Shown: in pieces, positions 60,463-64,000 of the stretch
How the letters are laid out: every line of letters starts with the position of its first letter
Position numbering within the stretch: position 1 is the first letter of the stretch
The notes under the pieces: generated by a model
Seen by the model: the letters and a program-made list of their open reading frames with translations, nothing else
What the model was told of the DNA's origin: nothing
Databases searched by the model: none
NCBI GenBank assembly: GCA_963708075.1
Contig: OY970194.1
Location: 3,392,001 to 3,456,000, forward strand
Direction: 5' to 3'
Length of the DNA stretch: 64,000 nucleotides
From: Sedimentisphaerales bacterium
Lineage (GTDB): Bacteria; Planctomycetota; Phycisphaerae; Sedimentisphaerales; Anaerobacaceae
Position numbers and translations under genes: made by a program

Positions 60463-61365
60463 TTGAGCACGCTTACGAAGGTTCTGATTGTTCTTCTGAC
60501 CGTCTTCTCCCTGTTCCTCTGCGGCATCGTTGTCACCTACGTGGCCAATGCGGAAAACCAGCGAAAACGTGCGGACGGTCTGCAGCAGCAACTGCAATCA
60601 GCCAAGCAGAGACAGCAGCAGGCAATGGCCAATGAAGAGCAGCAGAAGAAGGCAGCCGAGGCTTTAGAGGCCGACTTGGGCACGCAGCTCGCCGAACTGA
60701 AGACGCTCCGGACCCAGCTTGAAGGCGAGATCGACAAGCTCAAGAGGGAGAATGGCCAGTTGGTGCAGAAAGTGGCCGACCTGGCAAACGTCGTGGAAAC
60801 CGCGAACACCACCGCCAAGCAGCAAACCGATCTGTTCCAGACCTCTCAGCAGGAGGTGCAGACGCTTCGGGCCGATCAGACCAACCGCAACAAAGAGCTG
60901 CAGGAGACGACCCAGGCCCTGATGGAGCGGATGGCGGCGCTGATGGATATGGAGAAGAGAAACCGGCAGCTTATCGAGGAGAAGCAGGCTCTTGAGATCC
61001 AGCTCGGCCAGTCGCTGCAGCCGTACGGCAGGGCTCCCGTTCGACCTCAGACGGTCACTCAGCCGCAACTGACCGCCCAGCCCGTCCAGCGGGCTTCGTC
61101 ACAGCAGCCGACCCCGGTGCCCCAGACGCGGCCCATCAATCTGAACGGCCGCGTCACACAGATCGATATGAAGAACAAAGTGGCCGCGATCTCGATCGGC
61201 TCGGCCGCCGGCGTCCGTGAGGACATGAAGTTCCACGTCACCCGCGGCGACCGGTGGATTTGCGAGATTCTGATCTTCGACGTCGATGCCGAAAGAGCGG
61301 TTGGAACCCTTGATCTGGTGCAGGTCGAGCCCCAAGCAGGGGACCTGGTTGCCACGAACCTGTAG
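60463..61365 (+). CDS. single-TM coiled-coil protein with C-terminal beta domain
   Basis: AAGGAG RBS before TTG; N-terminal TM, long coiled coil, ISIGSAAGVREDMKFHVTRG. Confidence 0.8.
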   Translation: MSTLTKVLIVLLTVFSLFLCGIVVTYVANAENQRKRADGLQQQLQSAKQRQQQAMANEEQQKKAAEALEADLGTQLAELKTLRTQLEGEIDKLKRENGQLVQKVADLANVVETANTTAKQQTDLFQTSQQEVQTLRADQTNRNKELQETTQALMERMAALMDMEKRNRQLIEEKQALEIQLGQSLQPYGRAPVRPQTVTQPQLTAQPVQRASSQQPTPVPQTRPINLNGRVTQIDMKNKVAAISIGSAAGVREDMKFHVTRGDRWICEILIFDVDAERAVGTLDLVQVEPQAGDLVATNL

Positions 61366-61417
61366 AAGGAATGCAGCGAGAGCTGCCCGTCATAGCCTCA
61401 CAGGAGGTCGTTAAGAT

Positions 61418-61576
61418 ATGAGTCCGATGCCTCAACCACGCGGTGGGAAAGTCGCCCCTCCAAGCAATCTGTACACGGTGATCCTGGCCTTGGCATTCGG
61501 GGTCGTTCTGGCCACGACCGCGTATGTCGTGTACGCGTGCAAAATCCAGTATGGAACGTTTTTTGGCATGCCGTAG
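61418..61576 (+). CDS. small single-TM protein (52 aa)
   Basis: Manual translation MSPMPQPRGGKVAPPSNLYTVILALAFGVVLATTAYVVYACKIQYGTFFGMP; AGGAGG RBS. Confidence 0.7.
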   Translation: MSPMPQPRGGKVAPPSNLYTVILALAFGVVLATTAYVVYACKIQYGTFFGMP

Positions 61577-61648
61577 CGGTTTTTCGCTTGACGTAGCCGC
61601 CTAAGGATATTCAGAATATCCAATGGCAATGTAAGAAAGGATTCGATC

Positions 61649-62704
61649 GTGCTGTTGGACTGGGTTCTTGGCTTTTTCAGCATGGATATGGGTATCGATC
61701 TCGGTACCTGTACGACGCTGGTGTGTGTGCGAGACAAAGGCATCGTTCTAAACGAGCCGTCGGTGGTCGCCGTGCGCAAAGGGACAAATATCGTCCTGAA
61801 CAACGGCGAGGCCGTCGGGCTCGTGGCCCGCGAGATGCTTGGCAAAACCCCCGGCTCGATCAGCGCCATTCGTCCCATGAAAGACGGCGTGATCAGCGAC
61901 TTCGAAGTGACCGAGGCGATGCTGAGCTACTTCATCCACAAGGTGCACGGCCGGGGCAAGCTGGTCCGGCCCCGCGTCGTCATCGCCGTGCCCAGCGGCA
62001 TCACCGCCGTCGAGCGCCGGGCCGTCATCGACAGCGCCGAGCGGGCGGGCGCCCGCAAGGTCTATCTCGTCGATGAGCCCATGGCCGCCGGCATCGGAGC
62101 CGGGTTGCCCATCATGGAGCCGACCGCCTCCATGATCGTCGATACCGGCGGCGGCACCACGGAAGTGGCCATCATGTCGTTGGGCGACATTGCCACTGCC
62201 GACTCCATTCGCGTCGGCGGCGACGATATGGACGAGGCCATCATCAACCACCTGAAGAAGACATACAACCTGCTCGTCGGAGAGGCGCGGGCCGAGAAGG
62301 TCAAGATCCAGATCGGCTCGGCGGCCCCACTGGAGGAAGAGCTGACGATGGAGGTCGCCGGCCGGGATACGATCTCCGGCCTGCCCCGCAAGATCACCAT
62401 TACCAGCGAGGAAATCCGCGAGGCCCTGAAAGACCCGGTAGCGGCCATCATCGACGCCGTCACCGGCACGCTGGAGAGGGCCGAGCCCGAACTGGCGGCG
62501 GATTTGATCGATAACGGAATCCACATCTGCGGCGGCGGATCGCTGCTTCGCGGAATGGATAGCGTGCTCGCCAATGCCACCGGCCTGCAGGTGTACCGCG
62601 TCGAAGACCCGCTCAGTTGCGTGGCCCGCGGCACGAGCGTTTATCTGGAAAACCTCGCAATCTGGAAGGACACGATGGACCACAGCGATCGGGGGTACGA
62701 TTAA
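61649..62704 (+). CDS. mreB: rod shape-determining protein MreB
   Basis: MGIDLGT, LNEPSVVA, RPMKDGVISDF, PSGITAVE, DTGGGTTEVA, GGGSLL. Confidence 0.97.
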   Translation: MLLDWVLGFFSMDMGIDLGTCTTLVCVRDKGIVLNEPSVVAVRKGTNIVLNNGEAVGLVAREMLGKTPGSISAIRPMKDGVISDFEVTEAMLSYFIHKVHGRGKLVRPRVVIAVPSGITAVERRAVIDSAERAGARKVYLVDEPMAAGIGAGLPIMEPTASMIVDTGGGTTEVAIMSLGDIATADSIRVGGDDMDEAIINHLKKTYNLLVGEARAEKVKIQIGSAAPLEEELTMEVAGRDTISGLPRKITITSEEIREALKDPVAAIIDAVTGTLERAEPELAADLIDNGIHICGGGSLLRGMDSVLANATGLQVYRVEDPLSCVARGTSVYLENLAIWKDTMDHSDRGYD

Positions 62705-62764
62705 CAATCTCGCGGCTTTCGAGCGAGGTCCGGTGTTCTCGTCATACCTGTTGAGTGGAAGGCC

Positions 62765-63583
62765 ATGACGCAAAAGTGGACCAGAGTATCCAGGCGGATG
62801 CTATTCACGTGGTGCCTGCTGGGCGGGCTGATCTGCCTGTTTGCGCCCCCGAGCCTGACGAACAAGCTCCAGTTGGCCTACACGTACGCGTTCCGTTGGC
62901 CGCTGCAGGCCGGGCACAGCCTCTCGCTGGCCGCGGGGACCATCTCGCCGCTGCGCGACCCCAACAACAGTCCCGGCACTGAGGTGGCGACGACAGAGCA
63001 TCAGCGGCTGAAGAACCACATCGCCAATCTTGAGGCCCAGTTGAAGGAAGCCCGCCAGGAAGTCGACCAGCTCGGGCGCATCCGCGCCGTGCCGCAATGG
63101 GACCGAATGACCTTTCTGCGGGCCGACATCACCCTCCCCAGCCAGACACGGGATGTCCTGTTCATCAATCGCGGCCAGAAGGATGGGGTGGCCATCGGTC
63201 AGTATGTGATGGGCGATCTGAGCATCATCGGAGTCGTCTCCAGTGTCTCGCCGCAGCAGGCCAAGGTCAAGCTGATCACCGATCTGACCTCGAAGATGGC
63301 AGTGACGATAGGCGAGTCGGACCTGGCCAGAGTCATGGAAGGCGGGCCTGGGAACATAGCCAAGATCCCGCTGGTCCCCGCGTCCAACACAGTCTCCAAA
63401 GGGACCAAGGTGTATGCCAGGAAGACGCCGGGCCTGCTGGATGTTCCCATTATCGCCGCCCGGGTGACCCAGTGCAGGACCGACCCGGAGAACCCTTCAT
63501 TGCTGGATATCACCGTTGAGCCCGCCTGCGACATCGCCGGCCTGAATAGTGTGGCGGTGATCGTGTCCGCGCCACGGCCGTGA
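62765..63583 (+). CDS. mreC: rod shape-determining protein MreC
   Basis: TM, coiled coil, INRGQKDGV..GQYV...IIGVV; directly after mreB. Confidence 0.85.
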   Translation: MTQKWTRVSRRMLFTWCLLGGLICLFAPPSLTNKLQLAYTYAFRWPLQAGHSLSLAAGTISPLRDPNNSPGTEVATTEHQRLKNHIANLEAQLKEARQEVDQLGRIRAVPQWDRMTFLRADITLPSQTRDVLFINRGQKDGVAIGQYVMGDLSIIGVVSSVSPQQAKVKLITDLTSKMAVTIGESDLARVMEGGPGNIAKIPLVPASNTVSKGTKVYARKTPGLLDVPIIAARVTQCRTDPENPSLLDITVEPACDIAGLNSVAVIVSAPRP

Positions 63584-63691
63584 CCCATGCAGATGCAGGC
63601 AGGCGTGTGCAGGCAGAAGATTGAGGTGGCCCGGCTTGTTCTATCGCGGGCTCTTTCAGACAGCCCGCCTGCTGTTCACAGGAGTTGCTGA

Positions 63692-64000
63692 ATGCGTTGG
63701 TTGCGGTTTGCAGTGCTCGTCCTCGTCGCCACGATCCTGCAGACCAGTCTCGTCGGCACGATCTCCATCTGGGGTGTCAAGCCGGACCTGCTCGTGATGC
63801 TCCTGGTCTTTTTCGCCATCAGTATCGACCCGCGAGAGGCTATCGTCGCGTCATTCGCCATCGGGTTCGCAGCCGATCTGAGCAACCCGGTCAGGGACCT
63901 GATGGGACCGCAGATCATCAGTTTCGGGGTCTTCGGCACCCTGCTGTCCGACGTGCACAGTGTCATCTCGATCCAGAGACTGACGCATCAGGCCATCACG
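63692..64000 (+). CDS. mreD: rod shape-determining protein MreD (runs off window)
   Basis: MRWLRFAVLVLVATILQT...KPDLLVMLLVFFA...FAIGFAADL; after mreC. Confidence 0.85.
   Translation, partial: MRWLRFAVLVLVATILQTSLVGTISIWGVKPDLLVMLLVFFAISIDPREAIVASFAIGFAADLSNPVRDLMGPQIISFGVFGTLLSDVHSVISIQRLTHQAIT

Overview
GC-rich bacterial chromosomal window. It is probably from a planctomycete of the Phycisphaerae/Sedimentisphaerales type; this is inferred from the 'NPSPADGA...YYWRIDEV' secreted repeats, the PEP-CTERM protein, tig-clpP-clpP and mreBCD, not from a search. The left and middle parts are accessory: glycoside hydrolases (GH172-like, GH120-like), tandem P-type ATPases, MscL, an archaeal-type DHQ synthase II, CPA2/SMR/CDF transporters, pirin, a DUF362-gluconolactonase fusion, an AT-richer islet (BrnT-type TA pair plus DUF262-HNH nuclease), YgiQ and a PAP2/ArnT/GT2/LAB_N lipid-modification cluster. 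The right part is mostly core: tRNA-Gly(GCC), tig, clpP x2, pgeF, an orphan DNA methyltransferase, lnt and mreBCD. The most striking non-gene signal is a dense repeat landscape. A RAYT transposase is flanked by four GTAG-type REPs, several further palindromic families are present, and inverted heptamer arrays occur three times. A REP copy and heptamer arrays sit in frame inside lnt, and a heptamer array sits in frame inside ygiQ. A hairpin ahead of the second P-type ATPase resembles a Na+-I (DUF1646) riboswitch. Four genes carry frameshifts (possibly assembly indels) and one has an internal deletion. No CRISPR array, rRNA, prophage or integrase was seen. All calls come from motif recognition by eye; no database searches were run.
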